Virus record (IMG/VR): IMGVR_UViG_3300035128_000109
Span: 1-61,217 of that record
From: a virus
Lineage: Duplodnaviria > Caudoviricetes
Direction: 5' to 3' (one strand)
DNA length: 61,217 bases
Shown: piece after piece, positions 48,323 through 58,356 of the stretch
How positions within the stretch are numbered: the first letter of the stretch is position 1
Layout: every line of letters starts with the position of its first letter
The notes under the pieces: generated by a model
What the model was told of the DNA's origin: nothing
Seen by the model: only the letters and a program-made list of their open reading frames with translations
Databases searched by the model: none
Position numbers and translations under genes: made by a program

Positions 48323-49423
48323 TTAAACACTCCTCTGCCATCCACACCGTGGAGCACGATGACCCAGCCGGCCCATCCAGGGCTCGGCGCTCACTATCCC
48401 GTCATCACCTATCCGAGAGACATAACAGCGATAATCGAAGCCTTTGCCGGCATACGGCTCTACAACCGTGACCAGCATTTCTTCGGCCAGATACCATAAG
48501 CCTGTCTCCCAATCCTCCACATACGTTTTTGACCCATAAACCATGACAGCACCCAGGGTAATGGCCAATCCCGGACTCCACTCGGTCAGGTTCCCGTCCT
48601 CGATAAGGGAATTTCTATACACCATCAGCTTTGATCCAAGAGGGGGGTATCGCCCGATTTTATAACGCTCAATGGCCGCCGGCCCGTTTGTAATCGTCGG
48701 CCAGGCCTCATCCCCCTTGGGAACATCTGTCACAGCTACCACCATTTTGTCGGGATCGTCCAGGTGAGTAAGCCAAGTATTTTTTCGGGTATTCCTGCGA
48801 TTCACTCGATTCGTGAACATGTGCGGATATTCTAACTCGTTGTAGGGAATCCCGTTCACGCGCCAAATTCCGTCTGCGCCTTTCACGGGGGGGGTATTGT
48901 AGTCGAAACAGCGAATAACATCGAACCAACCGTTTTGAAAAATACTATCTTCGATGAGTAGGAAAGAACCACCGGTTTTTGCAGCCATGATTTTTATCTC
49001 CGGGCTGGTTGGAGTCGTTCCATCTTCGTCCGTGTCGCAGAACCCATCTTCGGGCTCCACGAACTTGCCGGCATTTCTCTCCCCTATCAGGTCCACGATC
49101 CAGAGCATCCATGAATAAATACCGCTTGTTCCTATGTTGAGAATGATCTTCCCATTTGAAGATACCTGTACTCCAAATAGGTTCATGATAAATCCCACGA
49201 CACCAGTATAGATAGGCCTGAGAGGATGGACGGCATTGGTCTCCCCTAAATTCGTCCCCCTGTCATCCATGCTGGCGTCTTGAAAAACAACCCCGATCTC
49301 ACATTTTTCGGCCATGGAGTAGTCGAAGATAAACCCATTCGGAAGCGTATCGACGGGCACGCCGGCATTCGCCGGCGGAGTCGTATCCGGTTTTTTTACC
49401 TGTACATTTATCGAAACTTTCAT
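48323..49423 (-). CDS. Hypothetical protein
   Basis: 366-aa ORF coupled to its neighbours. Confidence 0.7.
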   Translation of the reverse strand: MKVSINVQVKKPDTTPPANAGVPVDTLPNGFIFDYSMAEKCEIGVVFQDASMDDRGTNLGETNAVHPLRPIYTGVVGFIMNLFGVQVSSNGKIILNIGTSGIYSWMLWIVDLIGERNAGKFVEPEDGFCDTDEDGTTPTSPEIKIMAAKTGGSFLLIEDSIFQNGWFDVIRCFDYNTPPVKGADGIWRVNGIPYNELEYPHMFTNRVNRRNTRKNTWLTHLDDPDKMVVAVTDVPKGDEAWPTITNGPAAIERYKIGRYPPLGSKLMVYRNSLIEDGNLTEWSPGLAITLGAVMVYGSKTYVEDWETGLWYLAEEMLVTVVEPYAGKGFDYRCYVSRIGDDGIVSAEPWMGRLGHRAPRCGWQRSV

Positions 49424-49767
49424 ATTTTTTTCAACGAACCTGTGACTGTCTTGGTGTCCGGTTCATACCCCTCGACCTCAACGGTCAAATCTACGGAATA
49501 TTCAAGATCATCAGGCTCCGGTTCTGGATCTCCTCCGCCTCCACTATCAACCACCTCAAGATACTTAGTGGAAACGGAAAAATTTTTTCCGTTCTTCGGC
49601 CATCTCGGACTCTCGATCACCACCCCATTCGGCAGTTTTCCCGTGCTAACGCCGTCTCCTGTAACAACTGGCACACCTACCAAACCGCCGGGGACGTTGC
49701 CCCATGGTATCGTGCCGGCTTCATTCCATGCCTGAGCACCGGATTTTATATACGTTGCTGTAGTCAT
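49420..49767 (-). CDS. Hypothetical protein
   Basis: GGAGG RBS, 115 aa. Confidence 0.65.
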   Translation of the reverse strand: MTTATYIKSGAQAWNEAGTIPWGNVPGGLVGVPVVTGDGVSTGKLPNGVVIESPRWPKNGKNFSVSTKYLEVVDSGGGGDPEPEPDDLEYSVDLTVEVEGYEPDTKTVTGSLKKI

Positions 49768-49924
49768 TTATCCTCCAATTGAGAAGTGCGGCCACGCTCA
49801 TCCTGAGCGGCTGGGCGATTTACCTGATAACTTTGAGTTTTGGCACAGTGGCCGCGCCTGTGACAAAGGTATTATAATTCATTTCCATCTTGCGGTATTG
49901 TACAATGTGTAGTACAATAATTAC

Positions 49925-50161
49925 ATGAAAAACGATGAAGTTTGGAGACCATTACTTCGTAAACCGTACCTGAGGGTGGCTCTCAAGATTGCTGGCAAAT
50001 TAAACGAAACTGCATTACAAAAATGGAATGTTTTGGATGTGTGCCGGCTTGCATTATATGAGTTATGGAAGAGGGCGTTTCCAGATGAAGAATTTCCAAT
50101 GGATGCAAAAATATTGTTGAAACGTTATGATGCCGACCCAGACATTGTACAATCCGTTTAA
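49925..50161 (+). CDS. Small hypothetical protein, possibly regulatory
   Basis: Divergent ORF with an AT-rich upstream region and a downstream hairpin. Confidence 0.55.
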   Translation: MKNDEVWRPLLRKPYLRVALKIAGKLNETALQKWNVLDVCRLALYELWKRAFPDEEFPMDAKILLKRYDADPDIVQSV

Positions 50162-50291
50162 GTCATAGTTAGACCGCGCGCGGCGAGCGGCAAAGAGCGC
50201 CGCCCTCCTTCGCGGTCTAATGGCGCGAGCACGAATGCCCCATTAGGTGCTAAATGAAAAAGATAATGACTCGCATTTTATTCTTTCAAAA

Positions 50292-51134
50292 TCAAGCCGG
50301 CGCATTTTTCCTCAACTCTCGATAGGCTGCCAAGTTCTCAGGAACCAGCAACAGGATACCAAACCAAACCACAGCCCAGGTATGCAGGGTCACATAGGGA
50401 GCAAAAAACGGGGAGGAGGCGATAGCAAAGCGGATATCCTGCCTCCAGATCGCAATCCCTAACAGTATCAACCCAATCGGAATCCCATAGGGAAATATAC
50501 TACTATCCCACCATACCCCGGCCAAGTTTGGAGATCTCGCCGGCCAAAATCCGAACATGACAAACGACAGGATGACCGCCACGCTTGCCGGAGCAACGAC
50601 TCTCACGACCCGCCGAATCCCGCCCTGGAGACAGGCCTCAACAATCCAAAAGGTTGCCACGCCAATCCCAAACTGCGGTTTACATAAAACAAAAAACAGT
50701 CCAATTTGGGGAGGCAGGATGAAACCAAGCACAACCAAACCTTCCACGTTCCCATTCCAGGAATTGAGCAACACCCCTGAGAATAAAGAGAAAAGGACGA
50801 ACATGATCGCATTCATCCGCATCTTCAAGGCGGAGAAAAAATATCCGTACAGGTTGAGCACGAATATCACCGCCGACCCGAGCGGAGCAGATAACAGTGC
50901 AATCGGGATAAGCGGGAGTAATAGCCATGGGGGATTATAGAACCCCGAGTCCGTATACGGCGAGTGGCCGGCCAGGATGGATAGGGTAGCCGGCCTGAAG
51001 GAATACTTCCAATCGACCCCGATATTAGGCAGGCCGTCGGTGGTCAACTCCATTTGGGAGGGGAGGAAGTTGTACACGTAGTAGACTCCCAGGATGAACA
51101 GGGCGATGAAGAAAAGGACTCGGATGGTTTTCAT
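50292..51134 (-). CDS. Membrane GT-C glycosyltransferase (GT87-like)
   Basis: DW, SPY..FYNPPW, GN and KPQ motifs; multi-pass membrane protein. Confidence 0.75.
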   Translation of the reverse strand: MKTIRVLFFIALFILGVYYVYNFLPSQMELTTDGLPNIGVDWKYSFRPATLSILAGHSPYTDSGFYNPPWLLLPLIPIALLSAPLGSAVIFVLNLYGYFFSALKMRMNAIMFVLFSLFSGVLLNSWNGNVEGLVVLGFILPPQIGLFFVLCKPQFGIGVATFWIVEACLQGGIRRVVRVVAPASVAVILSFVMFGFWPARSPNLAGVWWDSSIFPYGIPIGLILLGIAIWRQDIRFAIASSPFFAPYVTLHTWAVVWFGILLLVPENLAAYRELRKNAPA

Positions 51135-51343
51135 GAGCCGGACTCGACTAAATTCAACTCCAATAACTTGTTGTATTTTTTCACAAAATCATCTTTCAAC
51201 ACGTTCAACTCGGTCCAGAAAGTATCCCACTTTCCAAACTCGGCTTTATAGTCCCCATTAGGGCAAACCACAAAGCCATCTTTCTGGTGCATTTTTTCTT
51301 GACACAAAGGGCATAGGCCGGCTTTATCATCAGTTTCAGGCAT
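51131..51343 (-). CDS. Zinc-ribbon hypothetical protein
   Basis: GGAGG RBS before MPETDD; CPLC...CPNG. Confidence 0.55.
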   Translation of the reverse strand: MPETDDKAGLCPLCQEKMHQKDGFVVCPNGDYKAEFGKWDTFWTELNVLKDDFVKKYNKLLELNLVESGS

Positions 51344-51590
51344 CCTGAACCTCCTCCACAACCGCCACGACCTCATGGGTGGGAGTCGTGGTCAAAAGAT
51401 TGCGCATCCCGGCGGATCGCAATTTATCAGTGTCAATAATACATTTGACCTTACGTTTTCCATCCAGCCGGCGGCCACGAACGGGAACAAGTTCAATAGA
51501 GCGATTCGTAGGGTTGTAGATAAACAACAGATGACCTTCATCGTCCACGACTCTGATCATGCCGTTATGTTTTTCATCGCTCATAGTCAA
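51336..51590 (-). CDS. Hypothetical protein
   Basis: Coupled ORF. Confidence 0.55.
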   Translation of the reverse strand: MTMSDEKHNGMIRVVDDEGHLLFIYNPTNRSIELVPVRGRRLDGKRKVKCIIDTDKLRSAGMRNLLTTTPTHEVVAVVEEVQDA

Positions 51591-51869
51591 CCATTTCCTT
51601 ATATCCGTCGAGATTTCAATTCATTTTGCATGGCGGACTCCATCAATGGATTCAAAACCGCCGACTTAATCTCTGCCGCGCAAGCATGGCACGGAATGAT
51701 GGCCACGGTTCCATTCCCAAAACTATACATATTTCCTGAATTGACGCGATGACCATTATCCATAAAACATGCGTAAACCAGAACCTTTTCCCCGGAGGTT
51801 TAGGATGAAAGCTTTTCTGCAAAATTCCTTGAAACGAAAAATTGGAAGGTACGTTTTTGACAATTTGTT

Positions 51870-52730
51870 TCATCTTCGAAACTCCAGTCCACAAAGACAA
51901 TTACTGAGACATAGCGCCTCTCCCAGAGGAGTCATCTCTGAAATAGACACCCAACCCAGGCCGGCTAATTCAATACATCCGGGCCGGATAGCAGTTCCAC
52001 CTTCATCCGTACAATGCGATTCATTTGGCCCTAGGACTCTCCGGGCCTCCGTGTAGCCGGCTTCCCTTGCAACGCGCATTCTCTCGTTCTCATAAATGGC
52101 ATTGGCAGCCCGAGCATACATGCCTGCACGCACCACCGCGAAGCCGTTCAATCCCTGTTTCCCGGATTCGAGCTCGGCCAGGAAGTTGTTCAGCCAGCGG
52201 TAATGTGGACGCATCCGCCAGCCGAATTTGGAAATCTCAGAGCGATCGTAGTTCTCCAGGCCCCCAATGGAGGCCAGGTACGCCGCCCGGTATTCATGCT
52301 TCATGGTGGCCCGCATTGCATCGTACCATTGCTGCCGGCTGATCTCGCCGTTTACAAGCCGGCCCGTCAGGTCCCGCAGGTCTCTCTGTACAGCATTGGC
52401 AACCCGCTGGACTCCCATCTTGATCCGAAAGTCAGGGACCCGCCGGCCGGCGATCACATAGCGCCAGACTCCGGTTTCTGTGTCGAAAAAGATTTCAGCA
52501 AGCCGGCGAGCCTGTTGTTGCACCTCTGTGATGGGTCGGGTATTCAAAAGCCCCGGAATCCCCGAGTATTTATCCCACAGGTCGACCGTCTCTTGTAGAT
52601 CGTCGGTATCCTCCAGGTAGTCCTGGAGTTCATCCTCGGTCAGAGGCCGGATGTGAACGTTGTCGCCATCCGTGTATCGCCGGCGGGGAGGCAGGCCAGG
52701 AACCTGGGGGAGAGGGTTGGGGAGGGTCAA
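51870..52730 (-). CDS. Head morphogenesis / minor capsid protein (gpF-like)
   Basis: RA.MY, HC...C..LAG.GW and C.SNC.C motifs; follows the portal. Confidence 0.7.
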   Translation of the reverse strand: MTLPNPLPQVPGLPPRRRYTDGDNVHIRPLTEDELQDYLEDTDDLQETVDLWDKYSGIPGLLNTRPITEVQQQARRLAEIFFDTETGVWRYVIAGRRVPDFRIKMGVQRVANAVQRDLRDLTGRLVNGEISRQQWYDAMRATMKHEYRAAYLASIGGLENYDRSEISKFGWRMRPHYRWLNNFLAELESGKQGLNGFAVVRAGMYARAANAIYENERMRVAREAGYTEARRVLGPNESHCTDEGGTAIRPGCIELAGLGWVSISEMTPLGEALCLSNCLCGLEFRR

Positions 52731-52744
52731 TTTGAAGCAGCCTC

Positions 52745-52957
52745 CTATTGCAAGACTGTAGCCTTGAACAGCTTAGAATTCATTTCTCCGATAGTAGAAA
52801 CGTTTTCACAACTAACAGCAACTGTCCGTTTTTTTGTGCGACACTTTATAAGAAAACCGTTTTTTCCGACTTTCAAGCGGTCGCCTTTTTTAACTTTACG
52901 TCCAGGAGGTAATTCAAAATAGCACTCCACTCTTTTCATGATTCTGTACTCCGACAA
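52745..52957 (-). CDS. Hypothetical protein
   Basis: Small ORF in the operon. Confidence 0.4.
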   Translation of the reverse strand: MSEYRIMKRVECYFELPPGRKVKKGDRLKVGKNGFLIKCRTKKRTVAVSCENVSTIGEMNSKLFKATVLQ

Positions 52958-53181
52958 GTCGGCTCAATTACAATCGGCCCCTTATACATTTCTCGAACTT
53001 TATAATCAAGCATCTTCCATTCATTCTGATGTTCAAAGCACGGTTTCAAGTTCAAGTCAAGCCAGAACACCTCACCATATTCCAGCGAAGTCGGCCAGCC
53101 GGCACGCCAGGAAATTGCATAACGCATCAAGGTGGAATGCCACCAAGAAATGAAGTTCAAGTCAATCAAAAGGATATCCAT
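52936..53181 (-). CDS. Hypothetical protein
   Basis: Starts right after the portal stop codon. Confidence 0.45.
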   Translation of the reverse strand: MDILLIDLNFISWWHSTLMRYAISWRAGWPTSLEYGEVFWLDLNLKPCFEHQNEWKMLDYKVREMYKGPIVIEPTCRSTES

Positions 53182-55365
53182 TTATTCACCATCCTTTTCG
53201 GGAGCCGATTCTTCTGATAATTCAGGTTCAGTCACTTCCAGATTGAACCCGCGCCATTCACCGCCATCCACCAGGTACACCTTGGAGAAATTCAATTCCA
53301 TCGGCTCCACGGTATCAATCGGCATCTCATCGCCGGCGTAGATGTACGCCAGAGTCATGTGGGGGATAAAGCCATGATTCTTGTGGTAGGGTATCCCTTG
53401 TTTACCCAGATAGGCGCAAAGTTCCTGTCGGAATTCGGGTAAGTCGGGGGAGTCTATAGTAGCCACAATCGGATCCTCTTCGCCGCCCGAAACGAACCGG
53501 GCAATACCCTGCAAGGTGGTCTTGATCGGGTTCGAAGTCTTAGCAAACTCACTGACAGCTAACGCGGCCTTTTCCATGTCCAGGGTGCGAGAGTCGCCCA
53601 GGAACGCCAGGGTAATATGAAGATTATCCCGCGTCTCATCGCTCATAAATGGGTATTTCTCTTGCAACTCATCCCGTAGAGCCGGCGGAATCCGGAACGC
53701 AACCATGGCCGAATTCTCGTTCTCGTTGTGAATGAGAACCGGGCCGGCGGTCGTGGGATACCAATGGTCACCGGTGGCCATTACTATATGGCCGGCTTGG
53801 ATATTGGACAATTTTATAGAATGTGTATCGGTCTCTAGCGCCTTGCGTATTCTGTTCAACTCGACCGTCACTGGCTTAGAATCTTTCTCACCTCCACCTT
53901 GTGGGGGATTAGAACCGTTCTTGCCCTGGTCGCCGGGTGGATTCATACGATTGCGCTCTTCAAGTTCGGCTTGTTTGCGTTTCTGTTCGGGAGTCCAGAC
54001 GTAATCCATGTAACGGCTGGCAAACTCTTCGAGCGGCATGACGATCTCGGGAGCGTTGCCTGAAGCCGTAGCAATAGCCTGGGCAGCTTTGAGGGCCAAA
54101 TCCATCTTTTGCATGTCATTCAACTCGATGAGAGACGGCCAAAAGACAAAATACTTATCTGGGAGGTCCAGAATACCAAGTTCATCACAACGTTTCATGA
54201 ATGGTCTTAGGATGTAAGGCTCCGCGAAGTTGTGCCGGCGAGCATCAATCAGGTCCATGAAATTATCATCGTCCTGAGAACTGGCCAATTGGCCGCGTTC
54301 GGAGCCCAGGAGTCTCCGCTGGGGGATTCCTTTTGCGCCGGCAATGTACTCTACGATCACATCGAATTGTTCCCTGGAATCTACAGGTTTTCCTCCAAGC
54401 TCTTTCACATTCAATCCTTGAGCCCGAACAACCCGACGGAGATTATGTTCCCATTCATCCCATTCATCTTGCATATCTTCATATTCAGTTGAATCTTTTG
54501 GAGGCGCAGAAAATCCTTCATCTGCTTGTAGAACAACACCCTGATAAATAAGTTTCCAAAACGCCTCAGAGCCGCCCCCCAGCACCTTCTCGAGATCCCA
54601 CAGGCGATTGATAATATTCTTCAACCCCGGAACACCGTACACGCGCCCTAAACCACCAACGCGCTGCCGGCCCTGTTTGATGTGGATTACACGAGAATAA
54701 TGAACTCGCCTGGTAATTTCTCCCTGGTCATCGATGATGATATTGTAATAATTAGGCTGGCCAAACCTTTCAGACTCCGGGTTTTTTTCGATGTTGGCCT
54801 CATCAACGGTAGCAGTGCCTTCATCACAGGCGATCACGTAGGCCAGTTCGCCGGCCTGTCCCTCCACCTTTTCCTCAGGCTTCCCTGGTAGCCCCAGATA
54901 CAGCAAGGAGAACCGGGAGATCCCGAGCATCCGGTCAACCTCCAGGAACTGAGCCCAGAGATCGTGCTGGTCTGCCAATTCCTTAAAACTTTCGTGCAGC
55001 GTGCCAGGGTCGGCTTTATCATCCTCGGCTTTGTCCTCGCTTTCAAACAGTACCGGATGTTTCCGCCAAGTCTCGTCGGCAACAATATCGACGACTCGCG
55101 TCCCCAAGCCGTCACGTTCGTAGATGTTGAGATAATCCACATACTCAGGATCAAGTTTATACCCAAGGGTATCGTAAAGATTACGTTTTCCATCAAAAGA
55201 CTGCCCCAGGGCACGCCCCAGGCCGGCGCGGGTCAGTCGCGAAAGATACGCATTGGCCTGCATAGCATGATCAAGCTCGCGGTGGGCTGCGTTGAGTTTG
55301 TTCTGCAAATCAGCTTTGGTACCGGCCCGGGGTTTCTTGGTATTACTCTTACTCTGAACGGTCAT
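53182..55365 (-). CDS. Portal protein (DUF1073 type) fused to a C-terminal 2H phosphoesterase (Acb1/LigT-like)
   Basis: Follows TerL; VHYSRVIH, GGGSEAFW and IPQRRLLGSERGQLAS motifs; C-terminal LHITL and PHMTL HxT motifs. Confidence 0.85.
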   Translation of the reverse strand: MTVQSKSNTKKPRAGTKADLQNKLNAAHRELDHAMQANAYLSRLTRAGLGRALGQSFDGKRNLYDTLGYKLDPEYVDYLNIYERDGLGTRVVDIVADETWRKHPVLFESEDKAEDDKADPGTLHESFKELADQHDLWAQFLEVDRMLGISRFSLLYLGLPGKPEEKVEGQAGELAYVIACDEGTATVDEANIEKNPESERFGQPNYYNIIIDDQGEITRRVHYSRVIHIKQGRQRVGGLGRVYGVPGLKNIINRLWDLEKVLGGGSEAFWKLIYQGVVLQADEGFSAPPKDSTEYEDMQDEWDEWEHNLRRVVRAQGLNVKELGGKPVDSREQFDVIVEYIAGAKGIPQRRLLGSERGQLASSQDDDNFMDLIDARRHNFAEPYILRPFMKRCDELGILDLPDKYFVFWPSLIELNDMQKMDLALKAAQAIATASGNAPEIVMPLEEFASRYMDYVWTPEQKRKQAELEERNRMNPPGDQGKNGSNPPQGGGEKDSKPVTVELNRIRKALETDTHSIKLSNIQAGHIVMATGDHWYPTTAGPVLIHNENENSAMVAFRIPPALRDELQEKYPFMSDETRDNLHITLAFLGDSRTLDMEKAALAVSEFAKTSNPIKTTLQGIARFVSGGEEDPIVATIDSPDLPEFRQELCAYLGKQGIPYHKNHGFIPHMTLAYIYAGDEMPIDTVEPMELNFSKVYLVDGGEWRGFNLEVTEPELSEESAPEKDGE

Positions 55366-55368
55366 TGA

Positions 55369-56841
55369 TTACCTTCTTCCAAATGTGCCGTAATATTTTT
55401 TCACCGGCTTAGGAGCGAATACCTGTATCACTGTGTCGGCGTAATTGGTAGAACGCCCAATTCTCTTTTTTATATCATCCTTCCCCTCAACCTGGATTTT
55501 ACCACCTGATTGCACCTTCCACTTCGGTGCAACGAGCTCCCCCGTTAATTCATCATCGGGAGGCAGGTCAATCTCATCATACTGCAAAGATTCGCGTATA
55601 TTCCACCAAGCAGCCGACCTCATATTCGCAAAACCCAACTCTCCCGACCTGTCTGTCATTTCTGTTTTTTCGCTTGCGTTGAAGGGGATAACACGCTCCT
55701 TTATCTTCCATCCCTCGGCCTCACGCGCCCGATCATAAACGCCGGCACCGACCCCGATCAGGTCAATAACTGCTCTAGCATCCGTATGCGCTTGAAGTAA
55801 ACCCACCACGACTCCAGTAACGTGCATCACGTCCCGGACATCCAGCCGGCGAAATTCAGTGATCGCGTTTCCGCACCGAATCCCAATTACAGACGGGTCA
55901 CCACCACGACCAACATCGACACCAAAGCCGACAACATCCCCCCAATCCTCAAGCTCTTTCCTGACAAGCCAGCGTTCATTTGAACGCTCAACCCACGAGA
56001 GAGGAATAACACTATCTTCATCACTGGATGCAAAGTCGCCAAGGACGCGGTTTATATAAACGCTTGAGTCTTCTCCCCACTGCCTTTTTCTAGCCTTCGC
56101 CCAATTCTCGTTGATCCTGCCGGCTGTGATTGCCATCTCCAGTGTAACCCGGAACACTTCCCAATCCTCGTATCCGCGCTTTCTTGAGTGTATATCATAG
56201 AACCGACCAATCGGCTCCCCTGGAGTGGAAACAGCCAACCAGAAGCAATCCCCCGTTGACATTGCACCTTCGGCGGCATCCCAGGTATCATCAGGGACGG
56301 CCTTGCTCTCATCGAATAGGTAGAGAATATTATCCGCGTGAGCCCCTTCGATCAGGGCTGCATTGTCTGAGGCGATAGCAAACGCTTCACCAGTATCCAG
56401 TTTTATACTTAACGTGAGCATTTCATTACGAGTGAATGGAAGCCGGCCTATTTTATCCCATTTCAACCGGTAAGACCATTTATGTATTTCTGGCCATAGG
56501 AAGTGAGACAGCTGTCTCCAGGCACTTGCAAGAGTCGGGATCTTCCAATCCTCTCCATCCCTGGTAAGCGCAAACCATAAAATAACAATTGCAGCGAAGG
56601 CCGTTTTTCCCAGGCCATGTGGACCACGCATAGAAAAACGCCGATATTTGACCAGCCGTCGCATTCCTTCAAGTTGGTATTCGGTTATCTCCTCCCCTCT
56701 CCAATCTATACATTCCCGAGCAAACCCCGCCAGATCCGACCAGTACTTTTTCTGGAATAGTTGGTAGGCGCTTTGAGAATCGCCAGTGATCCTCCGCCGG
56801 CGCTCCAGTTCAGCCTTAGCTCTTGTTTGCAAGTACATCAT
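55369..56841 (-). CDS. terL: Terminase large subunit
   Basis: GPHGLGKT, LFDES, STP, GVDVGRGGD and KRIGRSTNYAD motifs. Confidence 0.95.
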   Translation of the reverse strand: MMYLQTRAKAELERRRRITGDSQSAYQLFQKKYWSDLAGFARECIDWRGEEITEYQLEGMRRLVKYRRFSMRGPHGLGKTAFAAIVILWFALTRDGEDWKIPTLASAWRQLSHFLWPEIHKWSYRLKWDKIGRLPFTRNEMLTLSIKLDTGEAFAIASDNAALIEGAHADNILYLFDESKAVPDDTWDAAEGAMSTGDCFWLAVSTPGEPIGRFYDIHSRKRGYEDWEVFRVTLEMAITAGRINENWAKARKRQWGEDSSVYINRVLGDFASSDEDSVIPLSWVERSNERWLVRKELEDWGDVVGFGVDVGRGGDPSVIGIRCGNAITEFRRLDVRDVMHVTGVVVGLLQAHTDARAVIDLIGVGAGVYDRAREAEGWKIKERVIPFNASEKTEMTDRSGELGFANMRSAAWWNIRESLQYDEIDLPPDDELTGELVAPKWKVQSGGKIQVEGKDDIKKRIGRSTNYADTVIQVFAPKPVKKYYGTFGRR

Positions 56842-57385
56842 AGATATTATCGCCTTTGGCTAAACGCTCCAATTGATCGGTTGTAAGGTTGGTCAGGTCC
56901 AGACTTTTTATATTATCCGTGAATAAGGCATGATGCCGGCCCAATTGCACAAGCGCATCTTTCGCATCGTACAACTCAACCTCGACCCACTCATGTTCCC
57001 ATACCTCAGCATCTTTCCCTCTTCCGGAAACCAATCGCTTCCTCTTTGTCTTTATCTTTTTGATGAGATGCAGATAATCTTTTGCATCTGGGTGTGAAAA
57101 ATCGAAAAAAACGAAACCATCCTTGGTTATATTGATAAATGGAACCAAGCTGCCCCTGGCCATATCTGACAGCCGCTTTAGAACTTCATTGGCCGACATG
57201 GCAGCTTCCGATAGGCGTTCTTCGATATATTTTCGGATATGGGGCTTTTGTAGATTTTGGAAACCTATGATCTTGGCTGATTTTTCCGAGTAGCCGGCTT
57301 CCCTGGCAGCCCTGGCAGCGTTCCAGTGAATCAGGTAGTGCTCAACGAATAGTTTTTGTAGATCGGTTAGTTTTTGGGATGACAT
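56816..57385 (-). CDS. terS: Terminase small subunit
   Basis: LTDLQKLFVEHYL..NAARAAREAGYSEKSA...L.KPHI pattern. Confidence 0.9.
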   Translation of the reverse strand: MSSQKLTDLQKLFVEHYLIHWNAARAAREAGYSEKSAKIIGFQNLQKPHIRKYIEERLSEAAMSANEVLKRLSDMARGSLVPFINITKDGFVFFDFSHPDAKDYLHLIKKIKTKRKRLVSGRGKDAEVWEHEWVEVELYDAKDALVQLGRHHALFTDNIKSLDLTNLTTDQLERLAKGDNIYDVLANKS

Positions 57386-57519
57386 ATATCCGTGCTTTTC
57401 AAGAAAGTCATTGGATCAGAAGTAAAGCAAAGTTTAGCAGATGTTTTTATGAATATACAACAAAAAAGAGCCTTTCGCAAGGCTCCTAGTGGTACTAGAG
57501 GTAGATCACCTCCTTTTTT

Positions 57520-58332
57520 TTACTCAGTCAATATACCCGAATCTGCATTGATAACGTTCAATTTTTTCACCAAATCCATGCGCTTGAATTCTAAGTGCAT
57601 GTTCCCGTTTTTGTAAAGTTTGAATTTGAAGTATTCGGTTTCTCCAGCACCTTCGGACTGTTTCGTGGTTTGAATTGCATCTATCAGAGGGGATCTGTTC
57701 GCATCCTCCATTCCGCGCAGGTTTCCGTCAAGTGCATGAAACACCCTGTCGATTGCCATTAGTTTTGTATCGACATATCCCCACCCAACCCTGAAACAAC
57801 CATTGTAACCAAACTCTATGTAGTTCGCCAGAATCACCTTTTGGCCTAGTTCGTATTTGGCGTATTTCTGATTCGTTTTGTATTTTGAAGGCCATCCGCT
57901 TCTGCTTGCCGGCCTCAAAACCTCAAACACCTCGGCGGCGGCTTCTTTCACAAAATCGTCTGCGTTGTTCATCAGAGAATCAAGCATAGATAAGACTTCA
58001 TCCAATGTGATTTCAGGCAGATCGCCATTATGTAACCTCTCACGCATTTGTTCCGCACGCTTCGAAGATAGCATTTTTTCTATCTGGGAAATAGAGATAA
58101 TCCTACGCCAAGCCGAACGTTTCAACTCTTCCAAAACCTTCTCGCGCGCCCTATTTGTGCGTTCGTTTTTAGGCAACACGGTCATGTAGGCTTCACGCCC
58201 AAACGTCGCCTCCAGTTCAGACTCAACACTTTCTAAAATAGCATACGCCTCATTCGTTCGATCAATAGCCTTTCTATACGACTCCACAAGTTGTGTGGCA
58301 GTTTTTTTAGTAGCAAGTTTGTTGTTTTCCAA
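57520..58332 (-). CDS. DUF4942-like protein
   Basis: EVFE.L, YKTN...KVIL and YFKFKLYKNGNMHLEF motifs. Confidence 0.7.
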   Translation of the reverse strand: MENNKLATKKTATQLVESYRKAIDRTNEAYAILESVESELEATFGREAYMTVLPKNERTNRAREKVLEELKRSAWRRIISISQIEKMLSSKRAEQMRERLHNGDLPEITLDEVLSMLDSLMNNADDFVKEAAAEVFEVLRPASRSGWPSKYKTNQKYAKYELGQKVILANYIEFGYNGCFRVGWGYVDTKLMAIDRVFHALDGNLRGMEDANRSPLIDAIQTTKQSEGAGETEYFKFKLYKNGNMHLEFKRMDLVKKLNVINADSGILTE

Positions 58333-58356
58333 TTTTTCCTCCTAAAAATTGGGGAG

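Noticed and set aside
50168-50222. GC-rich stem-loop as a c-di-GMP riboswitch
   Set aside because: It lacks the riboswitch consensus and lies between convergent genes; more likely a terminator-like hairpin.
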